Shown: in pieces, positions 26,414 through 39,900 of the stretch
How the letters are laid out: every line of letters begins with the position of its first letter
Position numbering within the stretch: the first letter of the stretch is position 1
Assembly (NCBI GenBank): GCA_035221665.1
Contig: CM069142.1
Span: 7,316,001-7,380,000, forward strand
Length of the DNA stretch: 64,000 bases
From: Okamejei kenojei
Lineage: Eukaryota
Reading direction: 5' to 3'
Made by a program: the position numbers and the translations under genes
The notes under the pieces: generated by a model
Told to the model about the DNA's origin: nothing
The model's database searches: none
What the model saw: only the letters and a program-made list of their open reading frames with translations

Positions 26414-27077
26414 CTGTACATAGATACATAGACAATAGGTGCAGGAGGAGGCCATTCGGCCCTTCGAGCCAGCACCGCCATTCAATGTGATCATGGCTGA
26501 TCATCCACAAAGTACCCCGTTCCTGCCTTCTCCCATATCCCTTGACCTCCCTTGACCTCTATCTAACTCTCTTTTGAATGCCTCGACTGCCTTCTGAGGC
26601 AGAGAATTTCCACACATCCACAACTCTCCATGTGAAAATGTTTTTTCCTCATCTCAGTTCTAAATGGCCTATCCCCTTATTCTTAAACTGTGGTCACTGG
26701 TTCTGGACTCCCCCAACATCGGGAACATGTTTCCTGCATCGAGTGTGTCCAATCCCTTAATAATTTTATATGTTACTCTAAGATCCCCTCTCATCTTTCT
26801 AAATTCCAGTAAATACACACCCAGTCACTCCATTCTTTCATCATATGACAGTCCCGCCATCCTGAGAATTAACCTCATGAACCTACGCTGCAATCCCGCA
26901 ATAGGAAGAATGTCCTTCCTCAAATTAGGAGACCAAAACTGCACACAATACTTCAGGTGTGGTCTCACCAGGGCTCTGTACAACTGCAGAAGGACCTCTT
27001 TGCTCCTTAACTCAGCTCCTTTCGTTATAAAGGCCAACATGCCATTCGCTTTCTTCACTGCCTGCTGAACCTGCATG
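26414..27077 (-). mobile_element. CR1 LINE 3' fragment (duplicate of 1547-2192)
   Basis: Same motifs. Confidence 0.9.
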
Positions 27078-27854
27078 GAGTGTGGGTGTGGGTGCGAGTA
27101 TAGGTGTGAGTGGAGTGTGAGTCTGATTGTGGGTGTGGGTGTGAGTCTGGCTGTGAGGGGAGTGTGAGTGTGTGAGGGGAGTGTGAGCGTGTGTGAGAGT
27201 GTGAGTGTGTGTGAGAGTGAGTGAGGATGTGAGTCTGACTGTGTGTGAGTGTGAGGGAGCGTGAGTGTGTGTGAGTGTGAGTGACTGTGTGTGTACAATG
27301 TTACAGAGGGCAGCACTGGGGTGGGAGATTGCAACCTTCACGTGGTCCGCCCTGTTTCAACCTGCAATCAACCTGGTGTGCACAATCAAATAAGATCAAG
27401 TTGTCCGACAACTTTAGGCTGTGCGCGCCACACACAAGAAGAAGTAGGGCAGCACTGCCTCTTTTTCCTTCTTGTGGGGATGAGGCATTAAGTTCTTCTT
27501 CCTCGTGTCCGGCCATCTTCTATATCACGTATTTCCAGTCGGTCAATGACGTTGGCGGTGGGCGGTTGCACAATTGGTTGCTTCAGTCATTCACTGTGGA
27601 ACAGTTCCTGTCGTCAGCATTGCCCGGGAAGCCCCACGTGGAGGCTTCTGCTTGCATCCCGGTAACGTTCTGATGCGCGGGCTTCCTGTGAAAGTGTGGG
27701 GCTGATCTCATCGTTTGATCTCATCTTTTTCTCGCAGCGTTTTTTCTGGATAGACTCATGAGTAAGAAGCAAATAATTGGAATGACATGCGCGTTTATGA
27801 GTGCTGCCATATTCACGTGCCGACAGCTGTGAACAGGAAGAGGAACAGGAAGAG

Positions 27855-27912
27855 ATGTTCCCACGGACAGCCTGCTTCTGTATTTTTGGAATTTTTCAAC
27901 TCATATCAGCAG
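27855..27912 (+). CDS. HHLA2: HHLA2-like leader (signal peptide) exon
   Basis: ATG at 27855, MFPRTACFCIFGIFQLISA+G, 58 nt, donor GCAG|GTAAC, phase 1. Confidence 0.8.
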
Positions 27913-30900
27913 GTAACGATCTACTTTCCTGATGTTTTGTATGGGCATTGCTAACTTGATCAGAACCTGGATCATAGTTCAGGTTCACAATCTGTAGAAC
28001 TACACAGCACAGAAACAGGTCTTTATGGGCCTGTTCCACTTATGTGACTGTTCATGCGACCGCTGGAGACCATGCAGTCACCACATCAAGAGTCAAGAGT
28101 GTTTTATTGTCTATGTCCCGGACCGGACAATGAAATCCTTACTTGCTGCAGCACAAGAGAATATGTGAATATGTAAACATAGTACATAACGTGGGAAGAG
28201 AAAGAAAAAAAAAATCAAAAGTTCAAAAAATAACAAAGATAGTGCAATAATAATATAGTCTTTTGCAGCTCAGAGCTCAGAGCTTGTTCGTGGTTGTGTT
28301 TAATAGCCTGATGGCTGCAGGGAGGAAGCTGTTCCTGAACCTGGACGTTACAGTTTTCAGGCTCCTGTACCTTCTTTCTGAGGGCAATTGTGAGATGAGT
28401 GTGTGTCCAGAATGGTGTGGGTCTTTGATGATTTTAGACAATAGACAATCGGTGCAGGAGTAGGCCATTCGGCCCTTCGAGCCAGCACCGCCATTGAATG
28501 TGATCATGGCTGATCATCCCCAATCAGTAACCCGTTCCTGCCTTCTCCCCATATCCCCTGATTCCGCTATCTTTAAGAGCCCTATCAAGCTCTTTCTTGA
28601 AAGTATCCAGAGAACCGGCCGCCACCGCCCTCTGAGGCAGAGAATTCCACAGACTCACAACTCTCTGTGTGAAAAAGTGTTTCCTAAATGCCTTACCCCT
28701 TATTCTTAAACTGTGGCCCCTGGTTCTGGACTTCCCCAACATGGGGAACATTTTTCCTGCATCTAGCCTGTCCAATCCCTTAAGAATTTTATATGTTTCT
28801 ATAAGATCCCCTCTCATCGTTCTAAATTCCAGTGAATATAAGCCCAGTCGATCCATTCTTTCATCACATGTCATCTTCTTTCATCAAATGTGGAGGGAAT
28901 GGACAGGTGATATTCAGGACCTTCCTCAGACCCTTTGTGTTACATTTAGATCAGAGTTCTCAGAATCCCACCTCCGTTGCATACAAGAGTACTGCACAGG
29001 CCCTTCTGCCCACAATGTATGTGCCAAACATAATGCCAAACAGACCTTATCCTATCCCTCTATCCCCTGCACCTCTATGTGCCTATCTAAAAGCCTCTTC
29101 AATACTACTGATGTATGTGCCGCCACCACCAGCCCTGGCAGCAGCTTCTGGGCACCCAACACTCTCGGTGTAAAACCTTGCTCCGCACATCCCCTTCCCA
29201 TCCCCCCCCCCCATCACCTTATGGCTACGTTTAATATGGTTCTATGCTTAGAGTCAAGGCCAGTAGGTTCTGTTAATTTGCACGTTCTCCCTGTGACCAC
29301 AAATGTCTCCTCCAGGTGCTCCGGTTTCCTCCCACATCACACGACGTGCGGGTTTGTAGGTTAACTGGCCTCTGTAAATTGTCCCTAGTGTAAAGGGAGT
29401 GGATGAGAAAGTGGGATAACATAGAACTAGTGTGAACGGGGTGGTCGATGGTCGGAATGGGCTCAGTGGGCTGAAGGGCCTGTTTCCGTGCTGTATCTCT
29501 GAGCTAATGTAAGCGGATGGCTGTGAATCGTGCTCTCGTTGATGCAGGAGATGTGGACGATACGTTTCCCATTAGTAACGGTCAATGTGGCGGTTTGCTT
29601 GCAGGTCCGAGCTTGGTAGCCGTTGTCTCCAGAGACGTGGTGCTGCCCTGCACATTCCCACCGGCCCCTCTGCCGGAGATTGTGCTGCACTGGATGTACA
29701 GTGTGGGCCAAAGCACCCAGGTGGTGCACAGCTTTTACCGAGGAGCAGATCAGCTGGGTAACCAGGACCCACACTACAAGGGAAGGACAGGACTCTTCCA
29801 CAGTGAGATAGCGAGAGGGAATGCATCGCTCCGTCTGACGGCCGTCAGCATCCGCGACGAGAGATTGTACCGGTGTTACGTCAGCACCTTGAGAGGGAAG
29901 GTGGAGACCAACGTGGACCTGCAAGTGGCTGGTCAGAACCTCATTTATATGTCTGTCAGTCCTGTTAGAGTCATCCCGTCACACAGCACGGGAACAGGCC
30001 CTTCTGCCCAACATGCCCGTGCTGACCAACATGCCCCATCTACACCAATCCCACCTGCCCGAGTTTGGCCCATATCCCTCTTAACCTTTCCTATCCATGT
30101 ACCTGGACAAATGTCTGTCAAATGCTGTTATTCAGCCAAGTCGAGTGTTAACAAATCTCATTGTAAGTACTCAACAAAGGATCAAAAAACCAAATGCAGT
30201 GCAAAGTAAAACTAAATAAAAAATATGGCAGGGTCTGGAACAGGGGAGGTTCAGTTGGTACCTGTGTAGGAAAGAACTACAGATATAGGTTCATACACTG
30301 AAGATAGACACACAATGCTGGAGTAACTCAGTGGGACAGGCATCATCTCTCGAGAGAAGGAGTGGCTGACCTTTCGGATCGAGACCCTTCTTCAGACTGA
30401 AGTTTTTAATTGATTTGTGCCCCTTCCTGTCTACAAATCAAGCACTGCTCTGAACAAGGTCTGAGGAAGGGCCTTGACCCAAACTGTCACCCGTTCCTTC
30501 TCTCCAGAGATGCTGCCTGTTCCTGAGGAGGGAGATGTAGAGGCCAGACCAGCACAGACTGAGCTGACTGACCACAGCCTGGCTTGCTGCTCTTCACCAA
30601 TGCTGTTTGTGTGGAAGGGCAGGCAGGCTGCGCTGATGCAGGGAGATGAATAAGGTGCAAAATAAGGTGGATGAATTGTTTGCGCAGTGGGTAGTTAAGG
30701 GATATGATATAGTTGGAATTACGGAGACATGGCTCCAGGGTGACCATGGCTGGGAGCTAAACATGCAGGGGTCTTCAATATTCAGGAAGGATAGACAGAA
30801 ATCAAGAGGAGGTGGGGTGGCATTGCTGGTTAAAGAGGAGATTAATGCAATAGCAAGGAGAGACAATAGCTTGGATGCTGTAGAATCAGTATGGGTAGAA

Positions 30901-33900
30901 CAGCGAAATAGCCATGGGTAGAAAACGGCTGGGAGGGTTGTGTGTGGGCTGGGAGGGGGTGTGTGGGAGGAGAGGGGTGTGTGGATGGGAGGAGTGTGTG
31001 TGGCGGTTTAAGATGTGTGTGGGGGCGAGGGGCGGGGTTGTAGGGGCAGTGGGGTTGTGGGGGGGAGGGGTGTGGGGCGGGGGGGCTTGTTGGGGGGAAT
31101 GATGTGGGGGCAGGGGTTTGAGGGGGATGGGGTGTGGGGGACAGCGGGGGTGGGGGGAGGGGTTGTGGGCGGGGGGGGGGGGGGGGGGGGGGGGGTGGGG
31201 GAGCGGGGGGTGTAGACGGGGGGGGGTTTGCGCAGTTAGAAGAATCGCGCAAACCGGAAGAGCAAAAGATCTAAGTTTTAGTTATGTGNNNNNNNNNNNN
31301 NNNNNNNNNNNNNNNNNNNNNNNNNNNNNNNNNNNNNNNNNNNNNNNNNNNNNNNNNNNNNNNNNNNNNNNNNNNNNNNNNNNNNNNNNNNNNNNNNNNN
31401 NNNNNNNNNNNNNNNNNNNNNNNNNNNNNNNNNNNNNNNNNNNNNNNNNNNNNNNNNNNNNNNNNNNNNNNNNNNNNNNNNNNNNNNNNNNNNNNNNNNN
31501 NNNNNNNNNNNNNNNNNNNTGGGACCCGTTGGGTGCCATGTTCACACGGGAGGGCTGGTCCCCCAACGCAATATTCCATCAATTCCAATATTGGTGGCCA
31601 GTGGAGGGGGGGCTTTCTGGAGCACTGGTATTGGTGTTATGGGCTGAAGGGACTGGTCTCAAGAAGGCTAGTATGGACATTGTGGGCCAAATGGATTCTT
31701 GTGGTGGCAGCTAGTCCCTCAAGCCTGATGTGCTGGCAGCTCTCTCACGGCCGGTGGGCTGGCAGTTGACTCATGGCTATTCCTTGAAATTCCATTTCAA
31801 GCAGGGTGCAAGGCCACCAAATTCAAATCCATTTTCCTACCATTTCAAGCAGGGTGCAAGGCCACCAAATTCAAGTGCAGTTTCTTACCACTTCAAGCAG
31901 GGTGCAAGGCCACCAAATTCAAGTGCAGTTTCATACCATTTCAAGCAGGGTGCATGGCCATCGAATTCAAGTGCAGTTTCCTACCACTTCAAGCAGGATG
32001 CAAGGCCACCAAATTCAAGTGCAGTTTCATACCATTTCAAGCACGGTGCAAGGCCACCAAATTCAAGTGCAGTTTCATACCATTTCATGCAGCGTGCAGG
32101 CCACCGAATTCAAATGCAGTTTCATACCATTTCAAGCAGGGTGAAACCACCAAAAAAACACACACAAAACACCACACTCACAATTCAGTAGACATTCAGT
32201 ATGTTCAGTTGATTCATAGCTCAGACAGAGTTGTGACCTCTCCCTCCCCCATCATGCAGAGACTGAGCCACACCCACACTTCCGGATTTTATAATCCCTC
32301 CACCCTCCTACCCGAAAGGGTGTGGCCTTCATGGCGTGATTAACAGTAGAGAGATTCTCAACATTTTTTAAACACTAATAACACTTTTATTTTTAATTGA
32401 TGGGAAGAATCCTCTGCACCAGATGAGCGGAGGGGGACTGAGTAAGATTGCCAAATATCACAGCCGTTAGTGGTAGCGTTTCATCTGAAATCAATATACA
32501 GTGCAAACCGGAAGTTTAGACCACCAACCATTTGCAGTGCTTTTACTTCAGCCCAAAAACCCCAAACCAACCATTTGCAGTGCCTTCACTTCAACCCAAA
32601 ACCCCCAAACCAACCATTTGTAGTGCTTTTACTTCTACTGTTACTTGGTATACAAACTTAAAGCACACGGTATTGGTGGTTCAGTATTGATGTGGATAGA
32701 GAGCTGGCTGGCAGACAGGAAGCAAAGAGTAGGAGTGAACGGGTCCTTTTCAGGATGGCAGACAATGAATAGTGGGGTGCCGCAAGGCTCAGTGCTGGGA
32801 CCCCAGCTATTTACAATATACATTAATGATTTGGACGAGGGAATTAAATGCAACATCTCGAAGTTTGCGGATGACACAAAGCTGGGGGGCAGTGTTAGCT
32901 GTGAGGAGGATGCTAGGATGGCTTGGATAGACTGGGTGAGTGGGAAAATGCATGGCAGATGCAGTATAATGTGGATAAATGTGAGGTTATCCACTTTGGT
33001 GGCAAAAACAGGAAGGTAGACTATTATTTGGAAAAGGTGTTGGACAGGCTAGATGCAGGAAGATTGTTCCCGATGTTGGGGAAGTCCAGGACAAGGGGTC
33101 ACAGTTTCAGGATAAGGGGGAAGTCTTTTAGGACCGAGATGAGAAAATCGTTTTTCACACAGAGAGTGGTGAGTCTGTGGAATTCTCTGCCACAGAAGGT
33201 AGTTGAGGCCAGTTCGTTGGCTATATTTAAGAGGGAGTTAGATGTGGCCCTTGTGGCTGAAGGGATCAGGGGGTATGGAGAGAAGGCAGGTACAGGATAC
33301 TGAGTTGGATGATCAGCCATGATCATATTGAATGGTGGTGCAGGCTCGAAGGGCCGAATGGCCTGCTCCTGCACCTAATTTCTATGTTTCTATGTTTCTA
33401 TGTTTCTACCCAAAACCCCCAAACCAACCATTTGCAGTGCTTTCACTTCAACCCAAGACCCCCAAACCAACCATTTGCAGTGCTTTCACTTCAACCCAAA
33501 ACCCCACCAACCATTTGCAGTGCTTTTTCTTCAACCCAAACCCCCACCAACAATGTACAGTGCTTATACTTCAACCCAAACCCCCACCAACCATTTGCAG
33601 TGGCAGCGTTTTTTCTAAAATCATGAAATCTTATTTTTAGTAATATACTAGACCAAGTGCAGACCCGTTGGGTCTGGACCCCGAACGTGCTTGAGTACCC
33701 GAGTACGGGGGAGGAGGAAGGGGAGGGGGGGGATGGGAGGGAGTGGGGGGGGGTGGGAGGGAGTGGGGGGGGGGAGGGAGTGGGGGGGGGGGGGAGGGAG
33801 GGGGGGAGAGGGAGAGGGGGGAAGGGGGAGGCGGGTACCGAATCGGCAGTTAAAAATCATGAAATGGAAAAACAGGAAGTGGTCAAAGTCTTATTTTTAG

Positions 33901-36900
33901 TAATATACTAACCAAGTGCAGACCCGTTGGGTCTGGACCCCGAACATGCTTGAGTACCCGAGTACGGAGGAGAAGGAGGGGGAGGGTTGGAAGGAGGGGG
34001 AGGGAGGGAGGGAGAGGGGGAGGGGGAAGGGGGGAGGCGGGTAGGGGGAGAGGGGGGAGTGGAGGGGAAGGGGAAGGGGAGTGGAGGAAATGAAATTGGG
34101 AGCCGAATCGGCAGTTAAAATCGTCAAAAAAAAATGGCGGCGTTTTGGGAGGATAGCGGAGCAGGGAATCAAAGGGCGAAAATGAGACAGCCAGCCGGCA
34201 GCCGGACGGCGGTCGGCAGACAAACACACAGTTTTAAAAGTATATAGATAGATATATTGGGCAAACCAAATTGGAAATAGTGCTGAGGAGGAGGATTTCC
34301 TGGAATGTATACAGGATGGGTTTTTAAACCAATATGTAGAGGAACCGACTAGAGGACAGGCCATCCTAGACTGGGTATTGTGTAATGAGGAAGGATTAGT
34401 TAGCGATCTTGTTGTGCAAGGCCCCTTGTGCAACAGTGACCATAACATGGTGGAATTCTGCATTAGGATGGAGAGTGACACGGTTAATTCGGAGACTAGG
34501 GTCCTGAACTTGAATAAAGGAGACTTTAAAAGCGATTTATTATGGCTGCCAAAGCCCCAAGCCGTCTGTCCCCGCGGCCGGTGGGGGTGGGTGGGTGAAT
34601 CGCCCTGGTGTGGGGTTGTGGTCCGGTGGCAGTGCATCGCGGTCAGTGACTCTGGGTGGGCGGAGGGACCAGATTGAGGTGTTCCATACCAGGACATCTG
34701 AGATGTCCTCATTCTTTAGGGAACGTGGTTCCCCGCTCCCATCATAGATAAGGCCCTCATTCATGTCTCCTCAGTACCCCGCAGCTCCGCCCTTGCTCCC
34801 CCTCCCTCGACTGCAACAGAGACAGAGTCCCCCTAACCTTTCACCCCATCAGCCGTCGCAAATGATACACAGTCCTCCGACATTTTCATCTCCTCCAGCG
34901 GCAGCCCACCACTAGCCGCATTTTCAATCTCCACCCCTGTTCACCTTCCACAGAGACCGTTCCCTCCGCAACTCCCTGGTTAACTCATCCCTTCCCACCC
35001 AAACCACCCCCTCCCCAGGTACCATGCTCTGGAACCGCAGAAGATGCAACACCTGTCCTTATACCTTCTCCCTTGACTCTGTCCAGGGACCCCTGACAGT
35101 CCTTTCAGGATAGGCAGAGGTTCACTTGCACCTCCTCCAACCTCATCTACTGTATCCGTTGTTCAAGATGTGGACTCTTATACATCGGCGAGTCTAAACG
35201 CAGACTGGACGATCGTTTCACGGGACACCTTCGCTCAGCCCGCCTGAACCTACCTGACCTCCCGGTTGCTAAACACTTTCTGTCCTAGGTCTCCTCCATT
35301 GTCAGGTGAGGCTAAAGGCAAATTGGAGGAACAGCATCTCATATTTCGCTTGGGCAGCTTACAGCCCAGTGGTATGAATGGTGATTTCTGTAACTTCGAG
35401 TAACCCCGGCATTCCCTCTCTCTCCATCCCTCCCCCACCCAAGTCACACTAGCTTCTCGATTTGACCGAACAAACAGCAAACAATGGCCTTGTTTCCTTT
35501 ATCATCGTTACTTTTTTGCATATCTTTCATACATTGTCCTTTATCTCTCCACATCACCGTCTATATCTCTCGTTTCACTTTTCCTGAACTAGTTTGAAGA
35601 AGGGTCTCGACCCGTAACATCACCCATTCCTTCTCTCCAGAGATGATGCCTGTCCTGCTGAATTACTCCAACTTTTTGTGTCTATCTATGGTTTAAACCA
35701 GCATCTGCTGTTCCTTCCAACACATTGATTGTATGGTATATTTGATTTAAACAAAGCTTTTCACTGCACCTCGGCACACATGACAGTAACAAATCTAAAC
35801 GGGCCAACTTTAAATGAGAAATGAAGTAATATTTACTCTCCCCGACCACACCTGACCACCTCATGTTTTGCATTAAAAAATCTCCTTGAAATCCATTGTT
35901 CTGACTTCATTGTGAGTTCTCTCTCCTAACTTTGTCTCTGACTCAGTCTTGCGTACCAACACATACACTTGTGAAGCGAGCGAGTGCGTGGATTCATTTA
36001 TATAGGTTTCGGTTTGAGAGATAAGGCACAGTGGCACAGCTGGTGGAGCAGCTGCCTCACAGCGCCAGAGACCCGGGCTCTATCCTGTCCATGTGGAGTT
36101 TGCACGTTCTCCCTGTGACCATGTGGGTTTCCCCCGGGTGCTCCGGATTCCTCCCACATCCCAAAGAGGTGCGGGTTTGTAGGTTCATTGGCCCTCTGTA
36201 AGTTGCCCCCAGTGTGTAGAGTGGATGGGAAAGTGGAATAACATAGAACTGGTGTGGACTTGGTGGGCCGAAGGAACTGCTTCAATGCTGTATCTCTAAA
36301 CTAAACTAAACTAAACTAAAGGAGCTGAAAGTGAAGTGGCAGCTTGTTATCTCTCCAGATGTTGATTGCCGTCTGTGTATCTAGAGACAGCTCCATTGTC
36401 TAAGGATTCAGTGGGTTATTGCTTCCTTCCAGGTGACAGTAAGAACCTGACATTTTCACCCCCAAACACGCTGCATGCTGAGGTCAACATCTCCTGTGGT
36501 GTGATGGGTGTTTATCCACAGCCGTTAATAACATGGCGCGATGAGAATGGGATCGACCTAACTAATAATGCAATATCAAGTAACACTATTGACTCGGAAG
36601 GTCTTCACAACGTGGAAAGCATTCTGAAGACTGATAATACGTCAAGGACAATGTACGAGTGCACCATAAGGAATGAACGATTGCAAAAGTCTTGGACTGC
36701 ATCCTGGAAAATGCAAGGTAATGATAAAGGATAAATTACAGGAGACCTGGCCATCCTTTCTTCCAGTCTGTGATCATGGTTAACTGGATAGAAGGTGATA
36801 CTGGATAGACTGTATACTATGCTTGCATCTGTAGCAGTTTCTGTCATTCAAACTCCTGTCAAATTAAGTGATGATGCCAAGATGTCCGTCCAAGGACCCC

Positions 36901-39900
36901 GACAGTCTTCCCAGGTGAGGCAGAGGTTCACTTGCACCTCCTCCAACCTCATCTACTGTATCCGCTGTCCCAGGTGTCAACCCCCGCACATCAGCGAGTC
37001 CAAGCGCAGGCTTGGCGATCGTTTCACATCCAGTTTAACTTCCATTTGGAATATTTTGGAGGACCAAGAAACCAAGAAACCATGAAGAAGGACACCTCCG
37101 CTCAGTCCGCCTTAACATACCTGATCTCCCGATGGCTCAGCATTTTAACCCCCCCTCCCATTCCTAATCTGACCTTTCTGTCCTGGGCCTCCTCCATTGT
37201 CAGAGTGAGGTCCCAGCGCAAATTGGAGGAACAGCACCTCACATTTCACTCAGGTAGCTTACACCCTAGCGGTATAAACATTGACTTCTCTAACTTCAAG
37301 TAGCCCTTGCTTTCCCTCTCTCTCCAGCCTCCAATATTCTCCTTCGGTATGAATATTGATTTCTCCAACTTGAAGTAACCCCTGCATTCCCTCCCTCTCC
37401 ATCCCTCCCCCACCCAATTTGGTACCAGCTTCAAAGTCGTCTTGTTGAGTCTCACTGTCTGTAATTTGTTCTCACCTAACAAACAGCTAACAATGACCTG
37501 TTTCCTTTATCATCGCTACTTTTTTGCATATCTTTCATTCATTGTTCTATATCTCTCCACAAAACCGTCTATATCACTCGATTCCCTTTCCCGTGACTCA
37601 GTCTGAAGACAGGTTTCGAGTCGACACCACACCCATTCCTTCTCTCCAGAGATGCTGCCTGTCCCGCTGAGTTACTCCAGCATTTTGTGTCTATCTTCGG
37701 TTTAAACCAGCATCTGCAGTTCCTTTGTACACATGCCGATAGACTTGTTCGCAAGTTCCCACCTTCACCTATTCCCATTGTTCGATGATTTTACTACAGA
37801 AAACCTTAACTGAGCTGGATCTGGCCCCTGGATATTTTGATTCCTATCATTTCCTGCAGGGTGATGTCTATTACATTGCTGACTGGAGTATCATGCAAAC
37901 CCATGACATGAAGTGATTTGGGCCAGAATTTGATATAAAATGCCAGCAGTTCTCTGTCCACACTTCCCCACAAAAATGTCTGCCACGTTGGAATTTCACC
38001 AGAAAATTCCAGGTCACTTCCTCAGAGCCGAAATGTCACCTATCCATGTTCCCCAGAGGTGCTGCTGCCTGACCTGCTGAGCACTTTGTGTCTATTTTTG
38101 TAAACCAACATCTGCAGTTCCTGGTGTCTATGTTCATTTCACCAACCCTTCTGAGACTCATCCAGCACGGAAACAGGCCCTTAGGCCCAACTTGTCCATG
38201 CCGACCCAGATAAGCCATCCACACTAGTCCCAACAACCCCAGTTTGACCCTTATCCCTCTAAACATTTCCCATCCATGCCCGTCTAAATGTCTTTTAAAT
38301 GTTGTTATAGTACCTGCCTCCTCTGGCAGCTCGTTCCACATACCTATCCTCCTGTGGGTGAAAAAGTTGCCCCTCAGGTTCCTATTAAATCGTTGCCCTC
38401 TCACCTTAAACCCAGGTCCTCGGGTTCTTGAGTCCGCTACTCAGGGTAAAACAGGTGCATTTATCCCATCTATTCCCCTCATGATTTTTTTACACCTCTA
38501 TAAGATCACCCCTCAGCCACCTGCGCTCCAGGGAATAAAGTCCTAGCCGGCCCAACCTCTCCCTGTAGCTCAGGCCCCCGGGTCCTGGCAGATGGTATAA
38601 ATGATTCTGAATGTGTCGGACATTTCAATACACCATATAATGTGTGGATACAAGTGATGGATTTTCCCTGCTTTGGAATACAGGCTAGCTGCATCGCTTC
38701 CTGTGTGTTAAAACAATCACTGGCTTTTGTTATATGTACATTCACCAGCACCCAAAGTGGGTACCCAGCCCCTTCCACAGCTCAGGAAAACAAAGAGATT
38801 CTATTCCATTCCAAGTATTGGAAACGAGGAAATGCAGATGCTGGTTAATAAACAAAAGGACACAAAGCGCTGGAATAACTCAGCATCTCTGGAGAACAGA
38901 ATCTAAAGAATATTCCCTCTCGGAAGCGTGACCTATCCCTGTTCTCCACAGATGCTGCCTCACCCGCTGAGTTACTCCACCACTTTGTGTCCTTGTGAGA
39001 TCTCACGTCAAAGAGTTTACTGTGTTTCATGTAAAACATTACATGTTTTTTTTTTTAAGGCACATTGAAAGAAAATGGGATTCATCCTGCTGCCATTCAT
39101 TGCCAATATCCCCCTAGCAATGATCAAGATTTGACAATTAAATGGAGTTTTAGGAACTCGGAAACCTCTTCCTTGGCAGTACTGTGTGAATCAGCGCCCC
39201 AGCATGCTGGTGATTCAGGTTGTGAGGAGCGAGTGGAAGTGATAAACACCCAGAACTCTTCCACACTTCAACTGGGCCATGCAAGGCTGGAGGATGCTGG
39301 AGAATATATCTGTGAAATCAGGACCCGAGATGTGTTGCAAATATTCACCAACGTACTACAAATAGGTAGGCCGTCACACGTCTGTGTGCTTCATTCTCAA
39401 CATTTCAAGGAGCGCCGAACCTTTAGTTGAACTAAACGTAACGATACGATAAAACGTGAGAAACAAGGACGGGACACTGGCGCAGCGGTAGAGCTGCTGC
39501 CTCACAACGCCATAGACCCAGGATCGATTCTGATCTCGGGTGCTGCCTGTACGGAGTTTGCACATTCTCCCCTGTGGGATTTCTCCGGTTTCCTCCCCCA
39601 TCACAAAGACGTGCAGGTTTGTAGGTTAATCGGCTGCTGTAAGTCGTCCCTAGTGTGTAGGATAGTGCTAGTGTATGGGCGGTCAACGTGGATTCGATGG
39701 GCCGAAGGGCCTGTTTTCCAGCCCTATCTCCAAACAAACTAAAGGGTAGAAGTTGGTCCTGAGCAGTAGTGCTAGTGGGTGGTTGAGTCTTTGCTGTTCA
39801 TCCTCCAGAACAGAAGTGTTTCTATACCAGTACACATTGGTGCACCAAACCAGCCCCTGGGAACAGTTAAAAGCCAGATATTCACATTCTTAGCATTTGA

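Larger units (their letters stand above)
24866..30410 (+). repeat. Segmental duplication, copy 2
   Basis: Matches 1-5496; diverges after gaagtttttAAT. Confidence 0.95.
31520..34252 (-). mobile_element. Cluster of non-autonomous Helitron-like elements, head to tail
   Basis: On the - strand: hairpin CAGACCC-aac-GGGTCTG, 8 nt, then CTAG|T at 33648; a second, decayed 3' end at 33908; a related hairpin at about 31521-31537; 5' end A|TCTATCTATATAC at 34252. Confidence 0.7.

Noticed and set aside
29548-29604. Micro-exon 29548-29574 followed by a GT-AG intron
   Set aside because: The intron would be only about 30 nt; treated as alternative acceptors instead.
31793-32150. CRISPR-like array or repeat protein (HFKQGARPPNSSAVSY)n
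   Set aside because: Contiguous 48-bp units with no unique spacers and no cas genes; the open frame follows from the unit length being a multiple of 3.
36024-36090. tRNA gene
   Set aside because: It is the tRNA-derived head of a SINE, followed by V-domain and LINE-like tail.
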